DNA from: an uncultured Gemmatimonadales bacterium
GTDB taxonomy: Bacteria; Gemmatimonadota; Gemmatimonadetes; Gemmatimonadales; Gemmatimonadaceae
Assembly: GCA_963701965.1 (NCBI GenBank)
Contig: OY969695.1
Span: forward strand, 1,696,001-1,760,000
Reading direction: 5' to 3'
DNA: 64,000 nucleotides
Notes under the pieces: model-generated
Seen by the model: only the letters and a program-made list of their open reading frames with translations
What the model was told of the DNA's origin: nothing
The model's database searches: none
Made by a program: the position numbers and the translations under genes
Shown here: positions 28,190 to 37,707 of the stretch, one piece after another
Numbering within the stretch: the stretch's first letter is position 1
Layout: the number at the start of each line of letters is the position of its first letter

Positions 28190-31100
28190 ATGTCCCAGAT
28201 TATGAGAATCGCGGCCATCGCTGTGAGCCTGGCCGCCACCGCGCCGCTCGGCGCCCAGACATCCGGACCACTCCTGCTCCAGCAGCCGACGATCAGCCGG
28301 ACGCTGGTGGCCTTCACCTACGGCGGCAATGTGTGGACCGCGCCGCGCAGCGGCGGGGCCGCGCGGCGCCTCACCGCCGGCACCGGCCTGGCGACGAATC
28401 CTGCGTTCTCGCCCGACGGCAAATCCATCGCCTTCACCGGCATCTACGACGGGAATGCCGACGTGTACGTCGTGAGCGCGGACGGCGGTGTCCCGACGCG
28501 TCTCACCTACCATCCAGCGGCCGACGTCGTCGTGGGTTGGACGCCGGACGGCGGACGCGTGCTCTTCCGGTCGGGCCGGTCGAGCTTCAGCCGGTACGCG
28601 CGCCTCTATACGGTCGCCAAGGAGGGCGGGCCGGCCACGGAAGTGTCTCTGCCCCGCGGATATACCGGGTCGTTCTCGTCCGACGGCGCGCGCCTCGCCT
28701 ACGTGCCGAACGATCCCGCCAACGAGATCTGGAAGCGATATCGCGGGGGTGAGACATCGGAGATCTGGCTGGCGACAATGTCCAATGCGTCGATCGAGCG
28801 CATCCCGCGCGAGAACTCGAACGACAACTGGCCGATGTGGGTCGGCAACTCGGTGTACTTCCTGTCCGATCGCAACGGCCCGACGACGTTGTTCGAGTAC
28901 GACACGCGGTCAAAGGCGGTGACCGCGGTTGTCGCCAACACCGGTCTCGATATCAAGTCGGCGGCCGCTGGCCCCGACGCCATCGTCTACGAGCAATTCG
29001 GCAGCCTGTTTCTGTTCGATCCCGCGAAGAAAACGTCGACGCCGATTCCCATCACGGTCTCCGGCGATCTGCCGCACGTCCGTCCCCGCTATGTGCCGGT
29101 CGGTCAACAGATCGCCGCCGCGAATCTCTCGCCAACCGGCGCGCGCGCCGTGTTCGAGGTGCGCGGCGAGATCGTGACCGTGCCCGCCGACAAGGGCGAC
29201 ATCCGCAACATCACCAACACGCCGGCCGTGATGGAGCGTGATCCGGCGTGGTCGCCGGACGGGCGCTCGATCGCCTATTTCTCCGACGCATCGGGCGAGT
29301 ACACCCTGCACATCGCGCCCCAGAACGGTGCCGGGACGCCCCGCAGCATCACCCTGGGCGACGCGCCGTCGTTCTACTACTCGCCGACGTGGTCGCCGGA
29401 CAGCAAGAAGATCAGCTATCTCGACAAGCGCCTCAACGTGTGGTACGTCGACGTGGCGACCGGGAAGTCGGTCAAGGTCGACACCGACCCGTTCGAGGCG
29501 CCGTGGCGGGCGCTCGACCCCGTGTGGTCGCCCGACAGCCGGTGGATCGCCTATACCAAGAGCCAGCCCAACCATCTGCGGGCCGTCTTTCTGTACTCGC
29601 TGGAGACTGGCACCGCGACGCGGGTGACCAATGCCATGGGCGACGCGCGCTTCCCGGCGTTCGACCGCGGCGGCGAATACCTGTACTTCACTGCCAGCAC
29701 CAATGCCGGCGCCTCGGCGGGTTGGTTGGACATGTCGAGCTTCGACCATCCCGTGACGCGCAGCATCTACCTCGTCGTGTTGCGCAATGACCGTCCGTCG
29801 CCGCTGGTCCCGCTGTCCGACGAAGAGAAGATCGACTCGGCAAAAGCGGCGGCGGACACCGGGAAAAAGGCCGACTCGGTCAAGAAGAAGCCCGACGCGG
29901 CAACGGCTATCCGCGTTGACCTGGCCAACATCGATCAGCGCGTGCTGGCGCTCCCGCTTGGCGACCGCCGCTGGAGCGGTTTGGCAACCGGAGCGCCGGG
30001 AACGATCTTCGCGCTGGAGACTGTCGACCGCCCGCCGCAGACAGCCGAAGACGAGGGCGGATCCCGCCAGACGGTGTTCAAGTGGGACCTGACGAGTCGC
30101 AAGCTGACGAAAGTCGCCGACGGCGTCATGGGACTCAGTCCCCAGGGCGACGCCGGAGATCGCATCCCGACGTCGTTCCATCTGTCGGCCAACGGGCAGA
30201 AGATGATCTACCGTGCCGACGGCCAGTGGATGATCGCGCCGGTCGATGGCGCCAAACCTGGCGAGGGGATGCTCAACCTCGCCGACGCGCAGGTCGCGGT
30301 CGATCCGCGCGCCGAATGGCGGCAGATGTACCACGAAGCCTGGCGCATCGAGCGCGATTTCTTCTATGATCCGCACTTCCATGGCCTCGACCTGGGCACT
30401 GCCGAAGCGAAATACGCCGCCTACGTTCCCGGGCTCGCCAGTCAACAAGAGCTCCGCTACCTGCTGACCGAGGCACTGGGCGAGCTGACGGTCGGGCATC
30501 TCTTCATTAGTGGCGGCGGCGAGATCCCGGCGACGCATCCACCGCGCACCGGTCTGCTCGGCGCCGACTACGCGGTCGACCACGGCCGGTACCGCTTCGC
30601 GCGGATCTACTCGGGCGAGAACTGGAATCCGGAGCTCAAGGCGCCGCTCACGCAGCCCGGCGTCAACGTCGCGGTCGGCGACTACCTGCTCGCCGTGAAT
30701 GGCGTCGATGTCCGAGGCACCGAGGACGTCTACAAGTACTTCGGCGCGACGGCCGGCAAGACCGTCATCCTGCGCGTCGGCCGCGATCCCTCTGGCGCCG
30801 GCGCCCGTGATGTGAGCGTCGTCCCCACGGCCAGCGAAGTCGCGCTCCGCAATCTGGCGTGGATCGAGGATAACCGGCGCACCGTGGATCGTTTGAGCGG
30901 CGGGAAGCTTGCGTACGTGTACCTGCCCAACACGGGCGGCGCCGGATACACGAGCTTCAACCGCTACTATTTCGCGCAAACGGCGAAGCAAGGCGCGGTG
31001 CTCGACGAGCGCTTCAATGGCGGCGGCTCGATCGCCGACTATATGATCGACGTCATGATGCGGAAGCCCATGTTCCGCGAGATGACGCGCGACGCGTCGG

Positions 31101-31531
31101 ACTTCACCTCCCCGGTCGGCGCGATCTTCGGCCCCAAGGTGATGGTGACCAACGAGTACGCGGGCTCGGGCGGCGACGCGCTGCCGTTCATGTTCCATGA
31201 GACCAAGATCGGACCGCTCGTTGGGAAGCGGACGTGGGGCGGCCTGGTGGGCATCTACGACTATCCGCCGCTCATGGATGGCATGAGCGTCACGGCGCCC
31301 CGCGTCGGGTTGTACACCACCCGGGGCCAGTTCGAGATCGAGAACCACGGCGTCGCGCCGGACGTCGCGGTGGAGCTCGACCCGACGGCCTGGCGCGCCG
31401 GACATGACACGCAGCTCGAGCGCGCCGTCGCCATCGCGATGGACTCGCTGGTCAAGGAACCGCCGGCCATCGTCAAGCGCCCCCCGTATCCCAACTATCA
31501 CCAGGCGGGGAGCACGGCCGCAACACAGTAG
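28190..31531 (+). CDS. Tricorn protease (S41 family), secreted
   Basis: Signal peptide, two propellers (KRYRGG, WSPD), EWRQMYHEAWR, PDZ, DERFNGGG, NEYAGSGGD, KRTWGGLVG. Confidence 0.95.
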   Translation: MSQIMRIAAIAVSLAATAPLGAQTSGPLLLQQPTISRTLVAFTYGGNVWTAPRSGGAARRLTAGTGLATNPAFSPDGKSIAFTGIYDGNADVYVVSADGGVPTRLTYHPAADVVVGWTPDGGRVLFRSGRSSFSRYARLYTVAKEGGPATEVSLPRGYTGSFSSDGARLAYVPNDPANEIWKRYRGGETSEIWLATMSNASIERIPRENSNDNWPMWVGNSVYFLSDRNGPTTLFEYDTRSKAVTAVVANTGLDIKSAAAGPDAIVYEQFGSLFLFDPAKKTSTPIPITVSGDLPHVRPRYVPVGQQIAAANLSPTGARAVFEVRGEIVTVPADKGDIRNITNTPAVMERDPAWSPDGRSIAYFSDASGEYTLHIAPQNGAGTPRSITLGDAPSFYYSPTWSPDSKKISYLDKRLNVWYVDVATGKSVKVDTDPFEAPWRALDPVWSPDSRWIAYTKSQPNHLRAVFLYSLETGTATRVTNAMGDARFPAFDRGGEYLYFTASTNAGASAGWLDMSSFDHPVTRSIYLVVLRNDRPSPLVPLSDEEKIDSAKAAADTGKKADSVKKKPDAATAIRVDLANIDQRVLALPLGDRRWSGLATGAPGTIFALETVDRPPQTAEDEGGSRQTVFKWDLTSRKLTKVADGVMGLSPQGDAGDRIPTSFHLSANGQKMIYRADGQWMIAPVDGAKPGEGMLNLADAQVAVDPRAEWRQMYHEAWRIERDFFYDPHFHGLDLGTAEAKYAAYVPGLASQQELRYLLTEALGELTVGHLFISGGGEIPATHPPRTGLLGADYAVDHGRYRFARIYSGENWNPELKAPLTQPGVNVAVGDYLLAVNGVDVRGTEDVYKYFGATAGKTVILRVGRDPSGAGARDVSVVPTASEVALRNLAWIEDNRRTVDRLSGGKLAYVYLPNTGGAGYTSFNRYYFAQTAKQGAVLDERFNGGGSIADYMIDVMMRKPMFREMTRDASDFTSPVGAIFGPKVMVTNEYAGSGGDALPFMFHETKIGPLVGKRTWGGLVGIYDYPPLMDGMSVTAPRVGLYTTRGQFEIENHGVAPDVAVELDPTAWRAGHDTQLERAVAIAMDSLVKEPPAIVKRPPYPNYHQAGSTAATQ

Positions 31532-31585
31532 CGGAGAAGGTGATGGACATGTGACTCGACGCCGGATCATGCGTCGATCGTCGGG

Positions 31586-32977
31586 ATGAGAACGTTCGCC
31601 AATGATCCGGACGAGTCGATTGGAGCGTTGCTGCGCGCAGAACACGCGCGCGCCGAACGTTTGCTCAATCACGTGCGCGGCGGCGTCCTGCTCCTGCTGG
31701 GCGCCGCCGCGATCGTCTATGCACCGGCGCTCACCGCGGCGCTGGTACGGGTGAACATCCTGGTGTTCACCCCGATGCTTCTGTGGACGGCGTTCCAAGA
31801 GCTGCGCTACCACCGTCCGCACTACGCGCCGTCCTGGCTCATCACCGTCAACGCCGCGGCCGACCTGGGGGCCATCACCGCGCTCCAGGCCGGGTACGGG
31901 TTGGCCGGCATTCCCGGATTGGCGCTCCACTCGCCGATCTTCCTGGCGTATTTCGCGGTGTTGGCGAGCCGTCCGTTTACCGGATCGGAGCGACACGCGG
32001 CCGGTGTCACCATCGGAGTCGTGTGTGCATACGCGACACTGGTCGCCGCAATGGTGCTCACGGGGCGCGTGCATCTCGTGAACAGTCCGTTGGCGGTCAC
32101 CACCTCCAGCGATGCGTCGATGCTGGACGAGGGCGCCAAGCTCATGCTGCTGGGCATGGTCGGCGCGATCGCGACGTACGCGACAGCGTGGAACGAACGC
32201 ACACTCCGGCGGGCCTTGGCGGCGCAACTGCGACGCGACATCGAAGAGCGCGAGATGACCGACCGCCTGCGCGAAGCGGACAAGCTGGCGGCGATTGGCA
32301 CGCTGGCCGCGGCCACGGTGCACGATGTCCGCAACCCCCTGACTGCCATCGCGCTCCAGTCCGAGTTGCTCATGGAGTCGCCGCTCGGCGAGCCGCTCCG
32401 GAACGATTTGACGCTGATCCTGGAGGAAGCGCGCCGGGCGATGGCGTTCCTCGCCGATCTCCTGCAGTTCGCCCGGTCGGCGAACACGGAGCCGGAAACG
32501 GTGCCGCTGGCGATCGCCGAGACAGTGGACGCGGCCGTCGCGGCCGCCCGCCCCTTGTTGCACGAGCACCGGATTCCCGTCGAAGTGTCGATCGAAAATC
32601 TGAATGGCAACCTCGCGCCCTTGCACGGTTCCCCCATGCGCCTCGAGCGCGCGTTGGTGAACCTCCTGGTCAATAGCGTGCAAGCAATGGAAGAGCAGGA
32701 CGGCGCCAAAGCGATCCGCGTCCACGCCCGTCCCGACGCGACAGGACGGGGCGTGATTCTCGATGTGGACGACACGGGGCCGGGGTTCCCGGCCGGTCTG
32801 GTGACGCGCGCCTTCGAGCGATTCGTCACCACCAAGCCGCCCGGCAAGGGGACTGGACTCGGGCTGTGGATGGTGCGCCAGACCGTGTCCGATCTCGGTG
32901 GCCGCGTGTCGGCCATCAATCTCGCCGGCGGCGGTGCGCGGGTCCGGGTCGAGCTGTCGGGAGACGGCGTGGCCTGA
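31586..32977 (+). CDS. Orphan multi-TM sensor histidine kinase
   Basis: About 5-6 TMs, H-box VHDVRNPL, NLLVNS, DDTGPG, TTKPPGKGTGLGL. Confidence 0.88.
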   Translation: MRTFANDPDESIGALLRAEHARAERLLNHVRGGVLLLLGAAAIVYAPALTAALVRVNILVFTPMLLWTAFQELRYHRPHYAPSWLITVNAAADLGAITALQAGYGLAGIPGLALHSPIFLAYFAVLASRPFTGSERHAAGVTIGVVCAYATLVAAMVLTGRVHLVNSPLAVTTSSDASMLDEGAKLMLLGMVGAIATYATAWNERTLRRALAAQLRRDIEEREMTDRLREADKLAAIGTLAAATVHDVRNPLTAIALQSELLMESPLGEPLRNDLTLILEEARRAMAFLADLLQFARSANTEPETVPLAIAETVDAAVAAARPLLHEHRIPVEVSIENLNGNLAPLHGSPMRLERALVNLLVNSVQAMEEQDGAKAIRVHARPDATGRGVILDVDDTGPGFPAGLVTRAFERFVTTKPPGKGTGLGLWMVRQTVSDLGGRVSAINLAGGGARVRVELSGDGVA

Positions 32978-33008
32978 CCTGCGCGGCGCGCGCCGCCTAT
33001 CATTTGGC

Positions 33009-34172
33009 ATGGCCGCGCTGGAATTGATTCTCCTGCTCGTGGCCGTGGCGGCGGTGTTGCAGACCGTCGCCCGGCGGTTCTCCATTCCGCTCCCCGCAAT
33101 ACTCGTCACCGGCGGGCTGCTGCTGGCGGTGATCCCCGGCGTGCCCCGGGTATCGATCCCGCCGGACCTCGTATTTCTCATCTTCGTGCCGCCGCTCCTG
33201 TTCAGCGGCGCGATCCAGTCCTCGTGGCGTGAGTTCCAGACGCGGGCGCGCCCGATCCTGAGCCTGGCCGTGGGTTTGGTGATCGCCACCATGATCGCCG
33301 TCGCCGTAGTGGTGCACGCGCTCAACCCGGCGTTTGGTTGGGCGTCCGCGTTCGTGCTGGAAAGCCTCATTTTCATCTTCATCGGCCTGGAGTTGCCGGT
33401 GGTCGCGGCCGCATTGGGCGGCTACCCGATCGCCACGCTGGTCCAGGAGATCGCGATCGTGAGCGCGGTATGCATCGCCGTGCGCTTACTCTGGGTCTTT
33501 CCCAGCGCGGCGTTTACGCGCGCCGGTGAGATCCGGGGCGGGAAGCGCGTGTGGCGGGAGGTCGCGTTCATCGGGTGGACCGGCATGCGCGGCGCCGATT
33601 CGCTGGTGATCACGCTCGCTCTGCCAACGGTGACGCAGCAGGGCACGCCGTTCCCGGCCCGGGCGTTCATCATCGTGATCACGTTCGGCGTGCTCCTGTC
33701 GACGCTGGTCCTCCAAGGCCTGACCCTCAAGCCTGTCGTCCGATTGCTCGGTCTCGCCAATGGGAGCCGCGCGCTCGATGACCAGGAAGAAGCCTTCGGT
33801 TGGAAGAACACGAGCGAGGCGGCGCTGACGCGGCTCGCGGACATCGAGCGCCGGATCGACGGCCAGGCGCCGGAAGTCCGCGCCGCGGTCGCCCGGTTGC
33901 GCGCGCAGTACGAGGCGCGGCGCCGGAAATTCGGCTCCCAGCGCCCGGCGGTCGACAGTCCGGTGGACGAGACGAACGCCGAACGCCATCTCAAGCGCGC
34001 CGTGATCGACGCCGAGCGGCAGCGGCTGCTGGAGTTGCGCGACACGGGCGCCATCGACGACACCGTCGTGCGGCATCTCGCGCGCTATATGGATCTCGAA
34101 ACCTTGCTCGCGAACTATCCCGGCTTGGGCACGACGGAATCACCCTTCGAGGTGATTCCGCCGGACGCCTGA
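33009..34172 (+). pseudogene. CPA1 (YjcE/NhaP-like) Na+/H+ antiporter with large in-frame internal deletion
   Basis: FVPPLLF, WTGMRG, TLVLQGLTL and AERQRLLELRD are present. The core GAIVSP(T/P)DAV...EGESLxND region is absent at the junction AFVL|ESLIF (~33355). Confidence 0.7.
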
Positions 34173-34175
34173 GGG

Positions 34176-35564
34176 CTACTGGATAGGCGTGTGCGCCGGC
34201 GCGCCTTCAGGTCCCGTGTCCCAATGCTGCGCCGTCGAGACGTTCGGCATGCCCCAGGAGTGACCGTTCCATCCGTCGAAGCCGTCCATGAAGAACGCCC
34301 AGAATCCCGTGGACATGTCGCTGATGACGATGAGACCGTCGGCGTCGCGTACCTGAACGCCGAAGGCCCCGTTGGCGACGCCGTGGTCTCGCGGATCCTG
34401 GCTGGGATCGGCGATATACGCATCGGAGCAGCAGCCGGTCTCGTGACCGCCACTGAACGTATGGTAGGACGCCATCGTGTACGGGTCCGTCGGATCCAGC
34501 ATGTTGAAGACTTGGAGGCCATCCTCGTAGGCCGAGACGAACACGTACGGCCAGCGGACTTCGTGGTTGTGGGCGAGGTCGCGCCAGTCGGCCGTCCAGG
34601 CGCCGATGGGGTGCGAGATCGTTTGGACCTTCTTGTCGAGGCCCGGCTTCAAGTCGAAAATCCGGAGGGGCTCGTACTGCACCTCGGTCTCGGTGACCGC
34701 GTACCGGCCGTCGGGCGACGGCGTGATGGTATGGCCGGCCGTGATGCCCATGACGCCGGTGATGGATGTGACGAGCTTGGGTGACTCCGGTTGCGTGACG
34801 TCGAAGACGAAGTAGCCGCCGCGACCGGCACCATAGAACTTGTCCTGGTGCGTGGCGGGGTCGTACCCCACCCAATAGTCGTGGAACGACCCGACGATAC
34901 TTTGTGGGCCTTGGGCAAGGCGATCCGGATTTTGGATGCGGCCCACGAATCCGTTGTTCGGCGCGCCGGCCAGCAGCTTATCCATGTCAAAGATCTGCGC
35001 GTAGGACTTGGCGGACGTCGAGGCGAACATGAGGACGCGGCCGTCAGAGTGCTTGTACGTGAAGATGTTGTGAAAGCCGCCCGGCGCGTCCGTCTGATGA
35101 ATGCGCGCCACTTCTTTGATCTTGGTCGTGTCGGGAAGACCGGTGACATCGAAGACGATGGCGCCGAGGTCGGCGTCCGGCGAGCCCTGGTTGAACTGAA
35201 AGCACTGCACGAGGTAGTACTTGCCGTGGCTCTTGAAGTAGCGGGCCCGGAGCCCGCCCAAGCCCACGTGGAGCTCCGGGTTCTCAATGTTCCATTCATA
35301 CAAGACGCGAGGCTTCTCGCCTTTGGCGATGTCCTTCACGCTGATGATGGAGAAACCCGCCGGCTTGCTGACGCCGCGCGAGACGTAGACGTACGGACGC
35401 GAGAGCTCCTGTTCGATGTCGATGTCCGAGACCTGTAGATATCCCGCGAGCGGGACGTGACCGACGACATGGACGTTCGGCGTGCCCTCTTGTCCCGGCA
35501 GGGGCCGCCGGGTTTGGGCCAGGGCCAGGACAGGAATTGCGAGTCCGACAAGGAGCATTCTCAT
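34176..35564 (-). CDS. Secreted LVIVD-type beta-propeller protein (paralog 1)
   Basis: Signal peptide; DIEQELSRPYVYV, IVFDVT, FVFDVT.P, AYEDGLQVF, IVISDMSTGFW repeats. Confidence 0.78.
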   Translation of the reverse strand: MRMLLVGLAIPVLALAQTRRPLPGQEGTPNVHVVGHVPLAGYLQVSDIDIEQELSRPYVYVSRGVSKPAGFSIISVKDIAKGEKPRVLYEWNIENPELHVGLGGLRARYFKSHGKYYLVQCFQFNQGSPDADLGAIVFDVTGLPDTTKIKEVARIHQTDAPGGFHNIFTYKHSDGRVLMFASTSAKSYAQIFDMDKLLAGAPNNGFVGRIQNPDRLAQGPQSIVGSFHDYWVGYDPATHQDKFYGAGRGGYFVFDVTQPESPKLVTSITGVMGITAGHTITPSPDGRYAVTETEVQYEPLRIFDLKPGLDKKVQTISHPIGAWTADWRDLAHNHEVRWPYVFVSAYEDGLQVFNMLDPTDPYTMASYHTFSGGHETGCCSDAYIADPSQDPRDHGVANGAFGVQVRDADGLIVISDMSTGFWAFFMDGFDGWNGHSWGMPNVSTAQHWDTGPEGAPAHTPIQ

Positions 35565-35569
35565 GGGGA

Positions 35570-37234
35570 CTATTTCGCCTCGACAGTGAGTGGCGCCATC
35601 ATGCCCGCCGCGACGTGCTCGCCAATGTGGCAGTGCAACATCCACGTGCCGGGATTCGTGAGATCCAACAGGAGGTCGACCGTCGATCCCACGGGGATGA
35701 TCGCGGTGTCCTTCCACACCAGATACGGATTGGGTTCGCCGTCGCGGGCAATGACGAGAAAGCGTTGGCCGTGCAGGTGCAACGGATGATCCATCGGGTG
35801 CAGCGACCGCGGGTCGTTGAACACGCGCAGCTTGATCACGGACCCCACGGGGAAGTGCCAGCCGATCTTCATGTTCTCGGCGCCTGTGCGCTGGTCGCGA
35901 ATGACCCACCGCACCTCTTTGCCCGTGGCCACCCAGTTCATGTCGGCCATGCCGTCCGTCCACTCGAGCGCCGGGCGAAAGAGCGTGTCGACGCTCATGA
36001 ACTGCATCACCGGGATCGGGAGATCGTGAATGTCCGTGGTGAGCACGATCTCTTCGTCGGGGGCTTTGTCGAATTGCGGGCGCAGGCGCTCGATGCTTCG
36101 CATCGTCACGCTGTCGGTGCGGAGCACGTCGAATGACGCCGGGCGAGCGACCGGCGGACCGCTGACATGAATGGAGCCGAGCGTGTCGACGTTGGCGGAG
36201 AATTCGCCGAGGAAGTGGTCGATCGTCTGGACCGCGTTCACGATGGCGATATCCCCTGGCTTATCGACGTGCGTTTCGACCACGTAGCGTTCGCCGGGGG
36301 CGATCACCACGCTGGGCACCATCACCTCATGAGCGTACGGCCCCTGGTCCGAGGCAATGAGCTTGAGCGGCGCGTCGCCCACGCTCAGGTTGTACGTGCG
36401 GGCGCTGGAGGCGTTCGTGATCAACAGGCGGACCACCTCGCCGGGCGCGGCGTCCAGGCGAACGCGCGGGCTGCCATTCACCAGCAAGACGTTCCCGAAG
36501 CGGCCCATGAGTGCGAAGTTCGGCGCGTCGAGACCGAATGGAACGACGCTATCGCCGTCGAGGAGCAGGTCGTTCAACATCAAGAACGCGGTGCGGGTGC
36601 CCGGCCCATTTTGATTTGCAGGCTCGACGTACAGGTTCCCGAACAGGCCCATCGGCTGACCGATATCCTCGCGGACGTGCTCGTGGTACCAGAAAATTCC
36701 CGCGTCGGGACAATGTACGGCGTACACGAACGTGCCACCGGCCCGGACCGGCGGCTGCGTCATGTCGGGCGACCCATCGAACCGGTTATCCAACCGGACC
36801 CCGTGCCAGTGAATGGTCGCGGGCAGATCGATGCCGTTGTGAAACCTCACGTAAAACGTCGCGCCTTGCGGCACCCGGAGCAGGGGGCCTGGCGACTGGC
36901 CGTTGAATGCGAACGTGGTCAGGGTGCGCCCGCCTACGGCGTGGCGCACGAATCCCGTCGCCAACGTGATCGTGTCTCCGTTCTTGATGCGCATCTCGGT
37001 GCTCGGCATCGCCGTAGGCGTCGCCAGAGGGGCGGTGCTGCTCTTGGGCACGTAGGCCTCGACCGCCGGACGCACGCCCTCGAGCCCGGGCATCATCGGG
37101 TTCTTCATCATGGGCACAATGGACCGGCCGCTCGGCGCCTCCAGGGTGTCCATCTTCTCCATTCCCGGCATCCCCGCCATGTCTTGACCAAAGGCCCTGA
37201 GTGGCAGCACGAGCAACAATGCGAAACGTTTCAC
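35570..37234 (-). CDS. Three-domain multicopper oxidase with Met-rich N-terminus
   Basis: All four Cu motifs: IHWHG, WYHEH, HPLHLHG, HCHIGEHVAAGM. Signal peptide, then QDMAGMPGMEKM...PMMKNPMM. Confidence 0.93.
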   Translation of the reverse strand: MKRFALLLVLPLRAFGQDMAGMPGMEKMDTLEAPSGRSIVPMMKNPMMPGLEGVRPAVEAYVPKSSTAPLATPTAMPSTEMRIKNGDTITLATGFVRHAVGGRTLTTFAFNGQSPGPLLRVPQGATFYVRFHNGIDLPATIHWHGVRLDNRFDGSPDMTQPPVRAGGTFVYAVHCPDAGIFWYHEHVREDIGQPMGLFGNLYVEPANQNGPGTRTAFLMLNDLLLDGDSVVPFGLDAPNFALMGRFGNVLLVNGSPRVRLDAAPGEVVRLLITNASSARTYNLSVGDAPLKLIASDQGPYAHEVMVPSVVIAPGERYVVETHVDKPGDIAIVNAVQTIDHFLGEFSANVDTLGSIHVSGPPVARPASFDVLRTDSVTMRSIERLRPQFDKAPDEEIVLTTDIHDLPIPVMQFMSVDTLFRPALEWTDGMADMNWVATGKEVRWVIRDQRTGAENMKIGWHFPVGSVIKLRVFNDPRSLHPMDHPLHLHGQRFLVIARDGEPNPYLVWKDTAIIPVGSTVDLLLDLTNPGTWMLHCHIGEHVAAGMMAPLTVEAK

Positions 37235-37707
37235 TCCGGGGGCATGCCCGTGTTGTAGAAGGGATGACCCGCGAACGACTGCATGAGCGAGCTCGGGCTC
37301 CGACCCACAAGCACGATGGCACCGCGCCAATGCGCGCCTACGGGTGCGGGCTCCGCGCTCACGATCACGGTGAACTTGTTCCAGTCCGCCTTGGCGCGGA
37401 GCGGGGTGTCGTTGGTGATGGGGCCCAAGGAGCGGACGACCCCGAGGTTCGGCGTGGCGAGCCACGCGTGGTAGCTGGTGTACGCTCCCAACAATGCGGC
37501 CGGCGGCAAGTCGTGGACGTTGACATCGAGGTCATACACAATGTGCCCATCTTTACTCACGCCGATCACGAACGGCGACTGCGCCGGCGCCAGCTCGACC
37601 CAACCCGACGCCAGCGCCGCGGGTCCGGCCACCGCGAGCCGGAACCGTGGACGCGATCCCGGGAGAACGGCGATCGCGAGTGCGCCGGCCAGGGCGAGCG
37701 TCTTCAA
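37231..37707 (-). CDS. Exported hypothetical protein, translationally coupled to the multicopper oxidase
   Basis: TTG start overlaps the upstream stop and its TGA overlaps the oxidase GTG; signal-like N-terminus; beta-rich. Confidence 0.72.
   Translation of the reverse strand: MKTLALAGALAIAVLPGSRPRFRLAVAGPAALASGWVELAPAQSPFVIGVSKDGHIVYDLDVNVHDLPPAALLGAYTSYHAWLATPNLGVVRSLGPITNDTPLRAKADWNKFTVIVSAEPAPVGAHWRGAIVLVGRSPSSLMQSFAGHPFYNTGMPPE

Noticed and set aside
28910..33382. 1490-aa minus-strand ORF
   Set aside because: Antisense shadow of the tricorn, kinase and antiporter genes; Arg/Gly-rich with no motifs, as is common in high-GC DNA.
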